Source: Macrostomum lignano (taxonomy: Eukaryota). From it: a DNA stretch of 64,000 bases. The stretch covers positions 1,209 to 65,208 of the forward strand of contig NIVC01000258.1 in the NCBI GenBank assembly GCA_002269645.1, in the 5' to 3' direction. The translations under genes were made by a program, and so were the position numbers. Below the pieces are notes generated by a model. It saw only the letters and a program-made list of their open reading frames with translations. It ran no database searches and was not told the origin of the DNA. This document shows positions 10,301 through 24,100 of this stretch, in pieces. Position 1 is the first letter of the stretch. Every line of letters starts with the position of its first letter.

Positions 10301-13300
10301 CAGCTGTGTTTCATGTCTCTCTCACTGTGTCTCCTGTCTCTTTAGCTGTGTCTTCTGTCTCTCTAGCTGTGTCTCCTGTCTCTCCAGCTGTGTTTCATGT
10401 CTCTCTCACTGTGTCTCCTGTCTCTTTAGCTGTGTCTTCTGTCTCTCTAGCTGTGTCTCCTGTCTCTCCAGCTGTGTTTCATGTCTCTCTCACTGTGTCT
10501 CCTGTCTCTTTAGCTGTGTCTTCTGTCTCTCTAGCTGTGTCTCCTGTCTCTCCAGCTGTGTTTCATGTCTCTCTCACTGTGTCTCCTGTCTCTTTAGCTG
10601 TGTCTTCTGTCTCTCTAGCTGTGTCTCCTGTCTCTCCAGCTGTGTTTCATGTCTCTCTCACTGTGTCTCCTGTCTCTTTAGCTGTGTCTTCTGTCTCTCT
10701 AGCTGTGTCTCCTGTCTCTCCAGCTGTGTTTCATGTCTCTCTCACTGTGTCTCCTGTCTCTTTAGCTGTGTCTTCTGTCTCTCTAGCTGTGTCTCCTGTC
10801 TCTCCAGCTGTGTTTCATGTCTCTCTCACTGTGTCTCCTGTCTCTTTAGCTGTGTCTTCTGTCTCTCTAGCTGTGTCTCCTGTCTCTCCAGCTGTGTTTC
10901 ATGTCTCTCTCACTGTGTCTCCTGTCTCTTTAGCTGTGTCTTCTGTCTCTCTAGCTGTGTCTCCTGTCTCTCCAGCTGTGTTTCATGTCTCTCTCACTGT
11001 GTCTCCTGTCTCTTTAGCTGTGTCTTCTGTCTCTCTAGCTGTGTCTCCTGTCTCTCCAGCTGTGTTTCATGTCTCTCTCACTGTGTCTCCTGTCTCTTTA
11101 GCTGTGTCTCTTTAGCTGTGTCTTCTGTCTCTCTAGCTGTGTCTCCTGTCTCTCCAGCTGTGTTTCATGTCTCTCTCACTGTGTCTCCTGTCTCTTTAGC
11201 TGTGTCTTCTGTCTCTCTAGCTGTGTCTCCTGTCTCTCCAGCTGTGTTTCATGTCTCTCTCACTGTGTCTCCTGTCTCTTTAGCTGTGTCTTCTGTCTCT
11301 CTAGCTGTGTCTCCTGTCTCTCCAGCTGTGTTTCATGTCTCTCTCACTGTGTCTCCTGTCTCTTTAGCTGTGTCTTCTGTCTCTCTAGCTGTGTTCTGTC
11401 TCTCTAGCTGTGTCTCCTGTCTCTCAGCTGTGTTTCTGTCTCTCTCACTGTGTCTCCTGTCTCTTTAGCTGTGTCTTCTGTCTCTCTAGCTGTGTCTCCT
11501 GTCTCTCCAGCTGTGTTTCATGTCTCTCTCACTGTGTCTCCTGTCTCTTTAGCTGTGTCTTCTGTCTCTCTAGCTGTGTCTCCTGTCTCTCCAGCTGTGT
11601 TTCATGTCTCTCTCACTGTGTCTCCTGTCTCTTTAGCTGTGTCTTCTGTCTCTCTAGCTGTGTCTCCTGTCTCTCCAGCTGTGTTTCATGTCTCTCTCAC
11701 TGTGTCTCCTGTCTCTTTAGCTGTGTCTTCTGTCTCTCTAGCTGTGTCTCCTGTCTCTCCAGCTGTGTTTCATGTCTCTCTCACTGTGTCTCCTGTCTCT
11801 TTAGCTGTGTCTTCTGTCTCTCTAGCTGTGTCTCCTGTCTCTCCAGCTGTGTTTCATGTCTCTCTCACTGTGTCTCCTGTCTCTTTAGCTGTGTCTTCTG
11901 TCTCTCTAGCTGTGTCTCCTGTCTCTCCAGCTGTGTTTCATGTCTCTCTCACTGTGTCTCCTGTCTCTTTAGCTGTGTCTTCTGTCTCTCTAGCTGTGTC
12001 TCCTGTCTCTCCAGCTGTGTTTCATGTCTCTCTCACTGTGTCTCCTGTCTCTTTAGCTGTGTCTCTGTCTCTTAGCTGTGTCTTCTGTCTCTCTAGCTGT
12101 GTCTCCTGTCTCTCCAGCTGTGTTTCATGTCTCTCTCACTGTGTCTCCTGTCTCTTTAGCTGTGTCTTCTGTCTCTCTAGCTGTGTCTCCTGTCTCTCCA
12201 GCTGTGTTTCATGTCTCTCTCACTGTGTCTCCTGTCTCTTTAGCTGTGTCTTCTGTCTCTCTAGCTGTGTCTCCTGTCTCTCCAGCTGTGTTTCATGTCT
12301 CTCTCACTGTGTCTCCTGTCTCTTTAGCTGTGTCTTCTGTCTCTCTAGCTGTGTCTCCTGTCTCTCCAGCTGTGTTTCATGTCTCTCTCACTGTGTCTCC
12401 TGTCTCTTTAGCTGTGTCTTCTGTCTCTCTAGCTGTGTCTCCTGTCTCTCCAGCTGTGTTTCATGTCTCTCTCACTGTGTCTCTCCTGTGTCTCTGTCTC
12501 TCAGCTGTGTCTCCTGTCTCTCTAGCTGTGTCTCTGTCTCTCTAGCTGTGTCTCCTGTCTCTCTAGCTGTGTCTTCTGTCTCTCTAGCTGTGTCTCCTGT
12601 CTCTCTAGCTGTGTCTTCTGTCTCTCTAGCTGTGTCTCCTGTCTCTCTAGCTGTGTCTTCTGTCTCTCTAGCTGTGTCTCCTGTCTCTCCAGCTGTGTTT
12701 CATGTCTCTCTCACTGTGTCTCCTGTCTCTTTAGCTGTGTCTTCTGTCTCTCTAGCTGTGTCTCCTGTCTCTCCAGCTGTGTTTCATGTCTCTCTCACTG
12801 TGTCTCCTGTCTCTTTAGCTGTGTCTTCTGTCTCTCTAGCTGTGTCTCCTGTCTCTCCAGCTGTGTTTCATGTCTCTCTCACTGTGTCTCCTGTCTCTTT
12901 AGCTGTGTCTTCTGTCTCTCTAGCTGTGTCTCCTGTCTCTCCAGCTGTGTTTCATGTCTCTCTCACTGTGTCTCCTGTCTCTTTAGCTGTGTCTTCTGTC
13001 TCTCTAGCTGTGTCTCCTGTCTCTCCAGCTGTGTTTCATGTCTCTCTCACTGTGTCTCCTGTCTCTTTAGCTGTGTCTTCTGTCTCTCTAGCTGTGTCTC
13101 CTGTCTCTCCAGCTGTGTTTCTGTCTCTCTAGCTGTGTCTCTGTCTCTCAGCTGTGTCTCCTGTCTCTTAGCTGTGTCTTCTGTCTCTCTAGCTGTGTCT
13201 CCTGTCTCTCCAGCTGTGTTTCATGTCTCTCTCACTGTGTCTCCTGTCTCTTTAGCTGTGTCTTCTGTCTCTCTAGCTGTGTCTCCTGTCTCTCCAGCTG

Positions 13301-15742
13301 TGTTTCATGTCTCTCTCACTGTGTCTCCTGTCTCTTTAGCTGTGTCTTCTGTCTCTCTAGCTGTGTCTCCTGTCTCTCCAGCTGTGTTTCATGTCTCTCT
13401 CACTGTGTCTCCTGTCTCTTTAGCTGTGTCTTCTGTCTCTCTAGCTGTGTCTCCTGTCTCTCCAGCTGTGTTTCATGTCTCTCTCACTGTGTCTCCTGTC
13501 TCTTTAGCTGTGTCTTCTGTCTCTCTAGCTGTGTCTCCTGTCTCTCCAGCTGTGTTTCATGTCTCTCTCACTGTGTCTCCTGTCTCTTTAGCTGTGTCTT
13601 CTGTCTCTCTAGCTGTGTCTCCTGTCTCTCCAGCTGTGTTTCATGTCTCTCTCACTGTGTCTCCTGTCTCTTTAGCTGTGTCTTCTGTCTCTCTAGCTGT
13701 GTCTCCTGTCTCTCCAGCTGTGTGTCTCTCAGCTGTCTGTCTCTCACTGTGTCTCCTGTCTCTTTAGCTGTGTCTTCTGTCTCTCTAGCTGTGTCTCCTG
13801 TCTCTCCAGCTGTGTTTCATGTCTCTCTCACTGTGTCTCCTGTCTCTTTAGCTGTGTCTTCTGTCTCTCTAGCTGTGTCTCCTGTCTCTCCAGCTGTGTT
13901 TCATGTCTCTCTCACTGTGTCTCCTGTCTCTTTAGCTGTGTCTTCTGTCTCTCTAGCTGTGTCTCCTGTCTCTCCAGCTGTGTTTCATGTCTCTCTCACT
14001 GTGTCTCCTGTCTCTTTAGCTGTGTCTTCTGTCTCTCTAGCTGTGTCTCCTGTCTCTCCAGCTGTGTTTCATGTCTCTCTCACTGTGTCTCCTGTCTCTT
14101 TAGCTGTGTCTTCTGTCTCTCTAGCTGTGTCTCCTGTCTCTCCAGCTGTGTTTCATGTCTCTCTCACTGTGTCTCCTGTCTCTTTAGCTGTGTCTTCTGT
14201 CTCTCTAGCTGTGTCTCCTGTCTCTCCAGCTGTGTTTCATGTCTCTCTCACTGTGTCTCCTGTCTCTTTAGCTGTGTCTTCTGTCTCTCTAGCTGTGTCT
14301 CCTGTCTCTCCAGCTGTGTTTCATGTCTCTCTCACTGTGTCTCCTGTCTCTTTAGCTGTGTCTTCTGTCTCTCTAGCTGTGTCTGTCTCTAGCTGTGTCT
14401 GTCTCTCCAGCTGTGTTTCATGTCTCTCTCACTGTGTCTCCTGTCTCTTTAGCTGTGTCTTCTGTCTCTCTAGCTGTGTCTCCTGTCTCTCCAGCTGTGT
14501 TTCATGTCTCTCTCACTGTGTCTCCTGTCTCTTTAGCTGTGTCTTCTGTCTCTCTAGCTGTGTCTCCTGTCTCTCCAGCTGTGTTTCATGTCTCTCTCAC
14601 TGTGTCTCCTGTCTCTTTAGCTGTGTCTTCTGTCTCTCTAGCTGTGTCTCCTGTCTCTCCAGCTGTGTTTCATGTCTCTCTCACTGTGTCTCCTGTCTCT
14701 TTAGCTGTGTCTTCTGTCTCTCTAGCTGTGTCTCCTGTCTCTCCAGCTGTGTTTCATGTCTCTCTCACTGTGTCTCCTGTCTCTTTAGCTGTGTCTTCTG
14801 TCTCTCTAGCTGTGTCTCCTGTCTCTCCAGCTGTGTTTCATGTCTCTCTCACTGTGTCTCCTGTCTCTTTAGCTGTGTCTTCTGTCTCTCTAGCTGTGTC
14901 TCCTGTCTCTCCAGCTGTGTTTCATGTCTCTCTCACTGTGTCTCCTGTCTCTTTAGCTGTGTCTTCTGTCTCTCTAGCTGTGTCTCCTGTCTCTCCAGCT
15001 GTGTTTCATGTCTCTCTCACTGTGTCTCCTGTCTCTTTAGCTGTGTCTTCTGTCTCTTAGCTGTGTCTTCTGTCTCTCTAGCTGTGTCTCCTGTCTCTCC
15101 AGCTGTGTTTCATGTCTCTCTCACTGTGTCTCCTGTCTCTTTAGCTGTGTCTTCTGTCTCTCTAGCTGTGTCTCCTGTCTCTCCAGCTGTGTTTCATGTC
15201 TCTCTCACTGTGTCTCCTGTCTCTTTAGCTGTGTCTTCTGTCTCTCTAGCTGTGTCTCCTGTCTCTCCAGCTGTGTTTCATGTCTCTCTCACTGTGTCTC
15301 CTGTCTCTTTAGCTGTGTCTTCTGTCTCTCTAGCTGTGTCTCCTGTCTCTCCAGCTGTGTTTCATGTCTCTCTCACTGTGTCTCCTGTCTCTTTAGCTGT
15401 GTCTTCTGTCTCTCTAGCTGTGTCTCCTGTCTCTCCAGCTGTGTTTCATGTCTCTCTCACTGTGTCTCCTGTCTCTTTAGCTGTGTCTTCTGTCTCTCTA
15501 CTGTGTCTCCTGTCTCTTTAGCTGTGTCTTCTGTCTCTCTAGCTGTGTCTCCTGTCTCTAGCTGTGTTTCTGTCTCTCTCACTGTGTCTCCTGTCTCTTT
15601 AGCTGTGTCTTCTGTCTCTCTAGCTGTGTCTCCTGTCTCAGCTGTGTCTTCTGTCTCTCTACTGTGTCTCCTGTCTCTAGCTGTGTCTTCTGTCTCTCTA
15701 GCTGTGTCTCCTGTCTCTCCAGCTGTGTTTCTGTCTCTCTCA

Positions 15743-18136
15743 CTGTGTCTCCTGTCTCTTTAGCTGTGTCTTCTGTCTCTCTAGCTGTGTCTCCTGTCTC
15801 TCCAGCTGTGTTTCATGTCTCTCTCACTGTGTCTCCTGTCTCTTTAGCTGTGTCTTCTGTCTCTCTAGCTGTGTCTCCTGTCTCTCCAGCTGTGTTTCAT
15901 GTCTCTCTCACTGTGTCTCCTGTCTCTTTAGCTGTGTCTTCTGTCTCTCTAGCTGTGTCTCCTGTCTCTCCAGCTGTGTTTCATGTCTCTCTCACTGTGT
16001 CTCCTGTCTCTTTAGCTGTGTCTTCTGTCTCTCTAGCTGTGTCTCCTGTCTCTCCAGCTGTGTTTCATGTCTCTCTCACTGTGTCTCCTGTCTCTTTAGC
16101 TGTGTCTTCTGTCTCTCTAGCTGTGTCTCCTGTCTCTCCAGCTGTGTTTCATGTCTCTCTCACTGTGTCTCCTGTCTCTTTAGCTGTGTCTTCTGTCTCT
16201 CTAGCTGTGTCTCCTGTCTCTCCAGCTGTGTTTCATGTCTCTCTCACTGTGTCTCCTGTCTCTTTAGCTGTGTCTTCTGTCTCTCTAGCTGTGTCTCCTG
16301 TCTCTCCAGCTGTGTTTCATGTCTCTCTCACTGTGTCTCCTGTCTCTTTAGCTGTGTCTTCTGTCTCTCTAGCTGTGTCTCCTGTCTCTCCAGCTGTGTT
16401 TCATGTCTCTCTCACTGTGTCTCCTGTCTCTTTAGCTGTGTCTTCTGTCTCTCTAGCTGTGTCTCCTGTCTCTCCAGCTGTGTTTCATGTCTCTCTCACT
16501 GTGTCTCCTGTCTCTTTAGCTGTGTCTTCTGTCTCTCTAGCTGTGTCTCCTGTCTCTCCAGCTGTGTTTCATGTCTCTCTCACTGTGTCTCCTGTCTCTT
16601 TAGCTGTGTCTTCTGTCTCTCTAGCTGTGTCTCCTGTCTCTCCAGCTGTGTTTCATGTCTCTCTCACTGTGTCTCCTGTCTCTTTAGCTGTGTCTTCTGT
16701 CTCTCTAGCTGTGTCTCCTGTCTCTCCAGCTGTGTTTCATGTCTCTCTCACTGTGTCTCCTGTCTCTTTAGCTGTGTCTTCTGTCTCTCTAGCTGTGTCT
16801 CCTGTCTCTCCAGCTGTGTTTCATGTCTCTCTCACTGTGTCTCCTGTCTCTTTAGCTGTGTCTTCTGTCTCTCTAGCTGTGTCTCCTGTCTCTCCAGCTG
16901 TGTTTCATGTCTCTCTCACTGTGTCTCCTGTCTCTTTAGCTGTGTCTTCTGTCTCTCTAGCTGTGTCTCCTGTCTCTCCAGCTGTGTTTCATGTCTCTCT
17001 CACTGTGTCTCCTGTCTCTTTAGCTGTGTCTTCTGTCTCTCTAGCTGTGTCTCCTGTCTCTCCAGCTGTGTTTCATGTCTCTCTCACTGTGTCTCCTGTC
17101 TCTTTAGCTGTGTCTTCTGTCTCTCTAGCTGTGTCTCCTGTCTCTCCAGCTGTGTTTCATGTCTCTCTCACTGTGTCTCCTGTCTCTTTAGCTGTGTCTT
17201 CTGTCTCTCTAGCTGTGTCTCCTGTCTCTCCAGCTGTGTTTCATGTCTCTCTCACTGTGTCTCCTGTCTCTTTAGCTGTGTCTTCTGTCTCTCTAGCTGT
17301 GTCTCCTGTCTCTCCAGCTGTGTTTCATGTCTCTCTCACTGTGTCTCCTGTCTCTTTAGCTGTGTCTTCTGTCTCTCTAGCTGTGTCTCCTGTCTCTCCA
17401 GCTGTGTTTCATGTCTCTCTCACTGTGTCTCCTGTCTCTTTAGCTGTGTCTTCTGTCTCTCTAGCTGTGTCTCCTGTCTCTCCAGCTGTGTTTCATGTCT
17501 CTCTCACTGTGTCTCCTGTCTCTTTAGCTGTGTCTTCTGTCTCTCTAGCTGTGTCTCCTGTCTCTCCAGCTGTGTTTCATGTCTCTCTCACTGTGTCTCC
17601 TGTCTCTTTAGCTGTGTCTTCTGTCTCTCTAGCTGTGTCTCCTGTCTCTCCAGCTGTGTTTCATGTCTCTCTCACTGTGTCTCCTGTCTCTTTAGCTGTG
17701 TCTTCTGTCTCTCTAGCTGTGTCTCCTGTCTCTCCAGCTGTGTTTCATGTCTCTCTCACTGTGTCTCCTGTCTCTTTAGCTGTGTCTTCTGTCTCTCTAG
17801 CTGTGTCTCCTGTCTCTCCAGCTGTGTTTCATGTCTCTCTCACTGTGTCTCCTGTCTCTTTAGCTGTGTCTTCTGTCTCTCTAGCTGTGTCTCCTGTCTC
17901 TCCAGCTGTGTTTCATGTCTCTCTCACTGTGTCTCCTGTCTCTTTAGCTGTGTCTTCTGTCTCTCTAGCTGTGTCTCCTGTCTCTCCAGCTGTGTTTCAT
18001 GTCTCTCTCACTGTGTCTCCTGTCTCTTTAGCTGTGTCTTCTGTCTCTCTAGCTGTGTCTCCTGTCTCTCCAGCTGTGTTTCATGTCTCTCTCACTGTGT
18101 CTCCTGTCTCTTTAGCTGTGTCTTCTGTCTCTCTAG
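15743..18136. repeat. Longest uninterrupted run of canonical 84-bp HOR seen (about 28.5 copies)
   Basis: No deviation from M1-M4 seen by eye between a 20-bp M1 variant ending at 15742 and a 19-bp monomer starting at 18137 (2394 bp = 28.5 x 84). Confidence 0.85.
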
Positions 18137-21100
18137 CTGTGTCTCCTGTCTCTAGCTGTGTTTCTGTCTCTCTAGCTGTGTCTCCTGTCTCTTTAGCTGT
18201 GTCTCCTGTCTCTCTACTGTGTCTCCTGTCTCTTTAGCTGTGTCTTCTGTCTCTCTAGCTGTGTCTCCTGTCTCTCCAGCTGTGTTTCTGTCTCTCTCAC
18301 TGTGTCTCCTGTCTCTTTAGCTGTGTCTTCTGTCTCTCTAGCTGTGTCTCCTGTCTCTCCAGCTGTGTTTCATGTCTCTCTCACTGTGTCTCCTGTCTCT
18401 TTAGCTGTGTCTTCTGTCTCTCTAGCTGTGTCTCCTGTCTCTCCAGCTGTGTTTCATGTCTCTCTCACTGTGTCTCCTGTCTCTTTAGCTGTGTCTTCTG
18501 TCTCTCTAGCTGTGTCTCCTGTCTCTCCAGCTGTGTTTCATGTCTCTCTCACTGTGTCTCCTGTCTCTTTAGCTGTGTCTTCTGTCTCTCTAGCTGTGTC
18601 TCCTGTCTCTCCAGCTGTGTTTCATGTCTCTCTCACTGTGTCTCCTGTCTCCTGTGTCTCTGTCTCTAGCTGTGTCTTCTGTCTCTCTAGCTGTGTCTCC
18701 TGTCTCTCCAGCTGTGTTTCTGTCTCTCTCACTGTGTCTCCTGTCTCTTTAGCTGTGTCTTCTGTCTCTCTAGCTGTGTCTCCTGTCTCTCCAGCTGTGT
18801 TTCATGTCTCTCTCACTGTGTCTCCTGTCTCTTTAGCTGTGTCTTCTGTCTCTCTAGCTGTGTCTCCTGTCTCTCCAGCTGTGTTTCATGTCTCTCTCAC
18901 TGTGTCTCCTGTCTCTTTAGCTGTGTCTTCTGTCTCTCTAGCTGTGTCTCCTGTCTCTAGCTGTGTTTCTGTCTCTCTACTGTGTCTCCTGTCTCTAGCT
19001 GTGTTTCTGTCTCTCTCACTGTGTCTCCTGTCTCTAGCTGTGTTTCTGTCTCTCTCACTGTGTCTCCTGTCTCTAGCTGTGTTTCTGTCTCTCTACTGTG
19101 TCTCCTGTCTCTAGCTGTGTCTTCTGTCTCTCTAGCTGTGTCTCCTGTCTCTCCAGCTGTGTTTCATGTCTCTCTAGCTGTGTCTCCTGTCTCTTTAGCT
19201 GTGTCTTCTGTCTCTCTAGCTGTGTCTCCTGTCTCTCCAGCTGTGTTTCATGTCTCTCTCACTGTGTCTCCTGTCTCTTTAGCTGTGTCTTCTGTCTCTC
19301 TAGCTGTGTCTCCTGTCTCTCCAGCTGTGTTTCATGTCTCTCTCACTGTGTCTCCTGTCTCTTTAGCTGTGTCTTCTGTCTCTCTAGCTGTGTCTCCTGT
19401 CTCTCCAGCTGTGTTTCTGTCTCTCTCACTGTGTCTCCTGTCTCTTTAGCTGTGTCTTCTGTCTCTCTAGCTGTGTCTCCTGTCTCTAGCTGTGTTTCTG
19501 TCTCTCTCACTGTGTCTCCTGTCTCTTTAGCTGTGTCTTCTGTCTCTCTAGCTGTGTCTCCTGTCTCTCCAGCTGTGTTTCATGTCTCTCTCACTGTGTC
19601 TCCTGTCTCTTTAGCTGTGTCTTCTGTCTCTCTAGCTGTGTCTCCTGTCTCTCCAGCTGTGTTTCATGTCTCTCTCACTGTGTCTCCTGTCTCTTTAGCT
19701 GTGTCTTCTGTCTCTCTAGCTGTGTCTCCTGTCTCTCCAGCTGTGTTTCATGTCTCTCTCACTGTGTCTCCTGTCTCTTTAGCTGTGTCTTCTGTCTCTC
19801 TAGCTGTGTCTCCTGTCTCTCCAGCTGTGTTTCATGTCTCTCTCACTGTGTCTCCTGTCTCTTTAGCTGTGTCTTCTGTCTCTCTAGCTGTGTCTCCTGT
19901 CTCTCCAGCTGTGTTTCATGTCTCTCTCACTGTGTCTCCTGTCTCTTTAGCTGTGTCTTCTGTCTCTCTAGCTGTGTCTCCTGTCTCTCCAGCTGTGTTT
20001 CATGTCTCTCTCACTGTGTCTCCTGTCTCTTTAGCTGTGTCTTCTGTCTCTCTAGCTGTGTCTCCTGTCTCTCCAGCTGTGTTTCATGTCTCTCTCACTG
20101 TGTCTCCTGTCTCTTTAGCTGTGTCTTCTGTCTCTCTAGCTGTGTCTCCTGTCTCTCCAGCTGTGTGTTCTCATGTCTCTCTCACTGTGTCTCCTGTCTC
20201 TTTAGCTGTGTCTTCTGTCTCTCTAGCTGTGTCTCCTGTCTCTCCAGCTGTGTTTCATGTCTCTCTCACTGTGTCTCCTGTCTCTTTAGCTGTGTCTTCT
20301 GTCTCTCTAGCTGTGTCTCCTGTCTCTCCAGCTGTGTTTCATGTCTCTCTCACTGTGTCTCCTGTCTCTTTAGCTGTGTCTTCTGTCTCTCTAGCTGTGT
20401 CTCCTGTCTCTCCAGCTGTGTTTCATGTCTCTCTCACTGTGTCTCCTGTCTCTTTAGCTGTGTCTTCTGTCTCTCTAGCTGTGTCTCCTGTCTCTCCAGC
20501 TGTGTTTCATGTCTCTCTCACTGTGTCTCCTGTCTCTTTAGCTGTGTCTTCTGTCTCTCTAGCTGTGTCTCCTGTCTCTCCAGCTGTGTTTCATGTCTCT
20601 CTCACTGTGTCTCCTGTCTCTTTAGCTGTGTCTTCTGTCTCTCTAGCTGTGTCTCCTGTCTCTCCAGCTGTGTCTCCTGTCTCTCTAGCTGTGTCTTCTG
20701 TCTCTCTAGCTGTGTCTCCTGTCTCTAGCTGTGTTTCTGTCTCTCTAGCTGTGTCTCCTGTCTCTAGCTGTGTCTTCTGTCTCTCTAGCTGTGTCTCCTG
20801 TCTCTCCAGCTGTGTCTTCTGTCTCTCTCAGCTGTGTCTCCTGTCTCTTTAGCTGTGTCTCCTGTCTCTCTAGCTGTGTCTCCTGTCTCTTTAGCTGTGT
20901 CTTCTGTCTCTCTAGCTGTGTCTCCTGTCTCTCCAGCTGTGTTTCATGTCTCTCTCACTGTGTCTCCTGTCTCTTTAGCTGTGTCTTCTGTCTCTCTAGC
21001 TGTGTCTCCTGTCTCTCCAGCTGTGTTTCATGTCTCTCTCACTGTGTCTCCTGTCTCTTTAGCTGTGTCTTCTGTCTCTCTAGCTGTGTCTCCTGTCTCT

Positions 21101-24100
21101 AGCTGTGTTTCATGTCTCTCTCACTGTGTCTCCTGTCTCTTTAGCTGTGTCTTCTGTCTCTCTAGCTGTGTCTCCTGTCTCTCCAGCTGTGTTTCATGTC
21201 TCTCTCACTGTGTCTCCTGTCTCTTTAGCTGTGTCTTCTGTCTCTCTAGCTGTGTCTCCTGTCTCTAGCTGTGTTTCTGTCTCTCTAGCTGTGTCTCCTG
21301 TCTCTTTAGCTGTGTTTCTGTCTCTCTACTGTGTCTCCTGTCTCTAGCTGTGTCTTCTGTCTCTCTAGCTGTGTCTCCTGTCTCTCCAGCTGTGTTTCAT
21401 GTCTCTCTCACTGTGTCTCCTGTCTCTTTAGCTGTGTCTTCTGTCTCTCTCACTGTGTCTCCTGTCTCTTTAGCTGTGTCTTCTGTCTCTCTAGCTGTGT
21501 CTCCTGTCTCTCCAGCTGTGTTTCATGTCTCTCTCACTGTGTCTCCTGTCTCTTTAGCTGTGTTTCTGTCTCTCTAGCTGTGTCTCCTGTCTCTCCAGCT
21601 GTGTTTCATGTCTCTCTCACTGTGTCTCCTGTCTCTTTAGCTGTGTCTTCTGTCTCTCTAGCTGTGTCTCCTGTCTCTCCAGCTGTGTTTCATGTCTCTC
21701 TCACTGTGTCTCCTGTCTCTTTAGCTGTGTCTTCTGTCTCTCTAGCTGTGTCTCCTGTCTCTCCAGCTGTGTTTCATGTCTCTCTCACTGTGTCTCCTGT
21801 CTCTTTAGCTGTGTCTTCTGTCTCTCTAGCTGTGTCTCCTGTCTCTCCAGCTGTGTTTCATGTCTCTCTCACTGTGTCTCCTGTCTCTTTAGCTGTGTCT
21901 TCTGTCTCTCTAGCTGTGTCTCCTGTCTCTCCAGCTGTGTTTCATGTCTCTCTCACTGTGTCTCCTGTCTCTTTAGCTGTGTCTTCTGTCTCTCTAGCTG
22001 TGTCTCCTGTCTCTCCAGCTGTGTTTCATGTCTCTCTCACTGTGTCTCCTGTCTCTTTAGCTGTGTCTTCTGTCTCTCTAGCTGTGTCTCCTGTCTCTCC
22101 AGCTGTGTTTCATGTCTCTCTCACTGTGTCTCCTGTCTCTTTAGCTGTGTCTTCTGTCTCTCTAGCTGTGTCTCCTGTCTCTCCAGCTGTGTTTCATGTC
22201 TCTCTCACTGTGTCTCCTGTCTCTTTAGCTGTGTCTTCTGTCTCTCTAGCTGTGTCTCCTGTCTCTCCAGCTGTGTTTCATGTCTCTCTCACTGTGTCTC
22301 CTGTCTCTTTAGCTGTGTCTTCTGTCTCTCTAGCTGTGTCTCCTGTCTCTCCAGCTGTGTTTCTGTCTCTCACTGTGTCTCTGTCTCTCAGCTGTGTCTC
22401 CTGTCTCTCTAGCTGTGTCTTCTGTCTCTCTAGCTGTGTCTCCTGTCTCTCCAGCTGTGTTTCATGTCTCTCTCACTGTGTCTCCTGTCTCTTTAGCTGT
22501 GTCTTCTGTCTCTCTAGCTGTGTCTCCTGTCTCTCCAGCTGTGTTTCATGTCTCTCTCACTGTGTCTCCTGTCTCTTTAGCTGTGTCTTCTGTCTCTCTA
22601 GCTGTGTCTCCTGTCTCTCCAGCTGTGTTTCATGTCTCTCTCACTGTGTCTCCTGTCTCTTTAGCTGTGTCTTCTGTCTCTCTAGCTGTGTCTCCTGTCT
22701 CTCCAGCTGTGTTTCATGTCTCTCTCACTGTGTCTCCTGTCTCTTTAGCTGTGTCTTCTGTCTCTCTAGCTGTGTCTCCTGTCTCTCCAGCTGTGTTTCA
22801 TGTCTCTCTCACTGTGTCTCCTGTCTCTTTAGCTGTGTCTTCTGTCTCTCTAGCTGTGTCTCCTGTCTCTCCAGCTGTGTTTCATGTCTCTCTAGCTGTG
22901 TCTTCTGTCTCTCTAGCTGTGTCTCCTGTCTCTCCAGCTGTGTTTCATGTCTCTCTCACTGTGTCTCCTGTCTCTTTAGCTGTGTCTTCTGTCTCTCTAG
23001 CTGTGTCTCCTGTCTCTCCAGCTGTGTTTCATGTCTCTCTCACTGTGTCTCCTGTCTCTTTAGCTGTGTCTTCTGTCTCTCTAGCTGTGTCTCCTGTCTC
23101 TCCAGCTGTGTTTCTGTCTCTCTCACTGTGTCTCCTGTCTCTTTAGCTGTGTCTTCTGTCTCTCTAGCTGTGTCTCCTGTCTCTTAGCTGTGTTTCTGTC
23201 TCTCTACTGTGTCTCCTGTCTCTTTAGCTGTGTCTTCTGTCTCTCACTGTGTCTCCTGTCTCTTTAGCTGTGTCTTCTGTCTCTCTAGCTGTGTCTCCTG
23301 TCTCAGCTGTGTTTCTGTCTCTCTCACTGTGTCTCCTGTCTCTTTAGCTGTGTCTTCTGTCTCTCTAGCTGTGTCTCCTGTCTCTCAGCTGTGTTTCATG
23401 TCTCTCTCACTGTGTCTCCTGTCTCTTTAGCTGTGTCTTCTGTCTCTCTAGCTGTGTCTCCTGTCTCTCCAGCTGTGTTTCATGTCTCTCTCACTGTGTC
23501 TCCTGTCTCTTTAGCTGTGTCTTCTGTCTCTCTAGCTGTGTCTCCTGTCTCTCCAGCTGTGTTTCATGTCTCTCTCACTGTGTCTCCTGTCTCTTTAGCT
23601 GTGTCTTCTGTCTCTCTAGCTGTGTCTCCTGTCTCTCCAGCTGTGTTTCATGTCTCTCTCACTGTGTCTCCTGTCTCTTTAGCTGTGTCTTCTGTCTCTC
23701 TAGCTGTGTCTCCTGTCTCTCCAGCTGTGTTTCATGTCTCTCTCACTGTGTCTCCTGTCTCTTTAGCTGTGTCTTCTGTCTCTCTAGCTGTGTCTCCTGT
23801 CTCTCCAGCTGTGTTTCATGTCTCTCTCACTGTGTCTCCTGTCTCTTTAGCTGTGTCTTCTGTCTCTCTAGCTGTGTCTCCTGTCTCTCCAGCTGTGTTT
23901 CATGTCTCTCTCACTGTGTCTCCTGTCTCTTTAGCTGTGTCTTCTGTCTCTCTAGCTGTGTCTCCTGTCTCTCCAGCTGTGTTTCATGTCTCTCTCACTG
24001 TGTCTCCTGTCTCTTTAGCTGTGTCTTCTGTCTCTCTAGCTGTGTCTCCTGTCTCTCCAGCTGTGTTTCATGTCTCTCTCACTGTGTCTCCTGTCTCTTT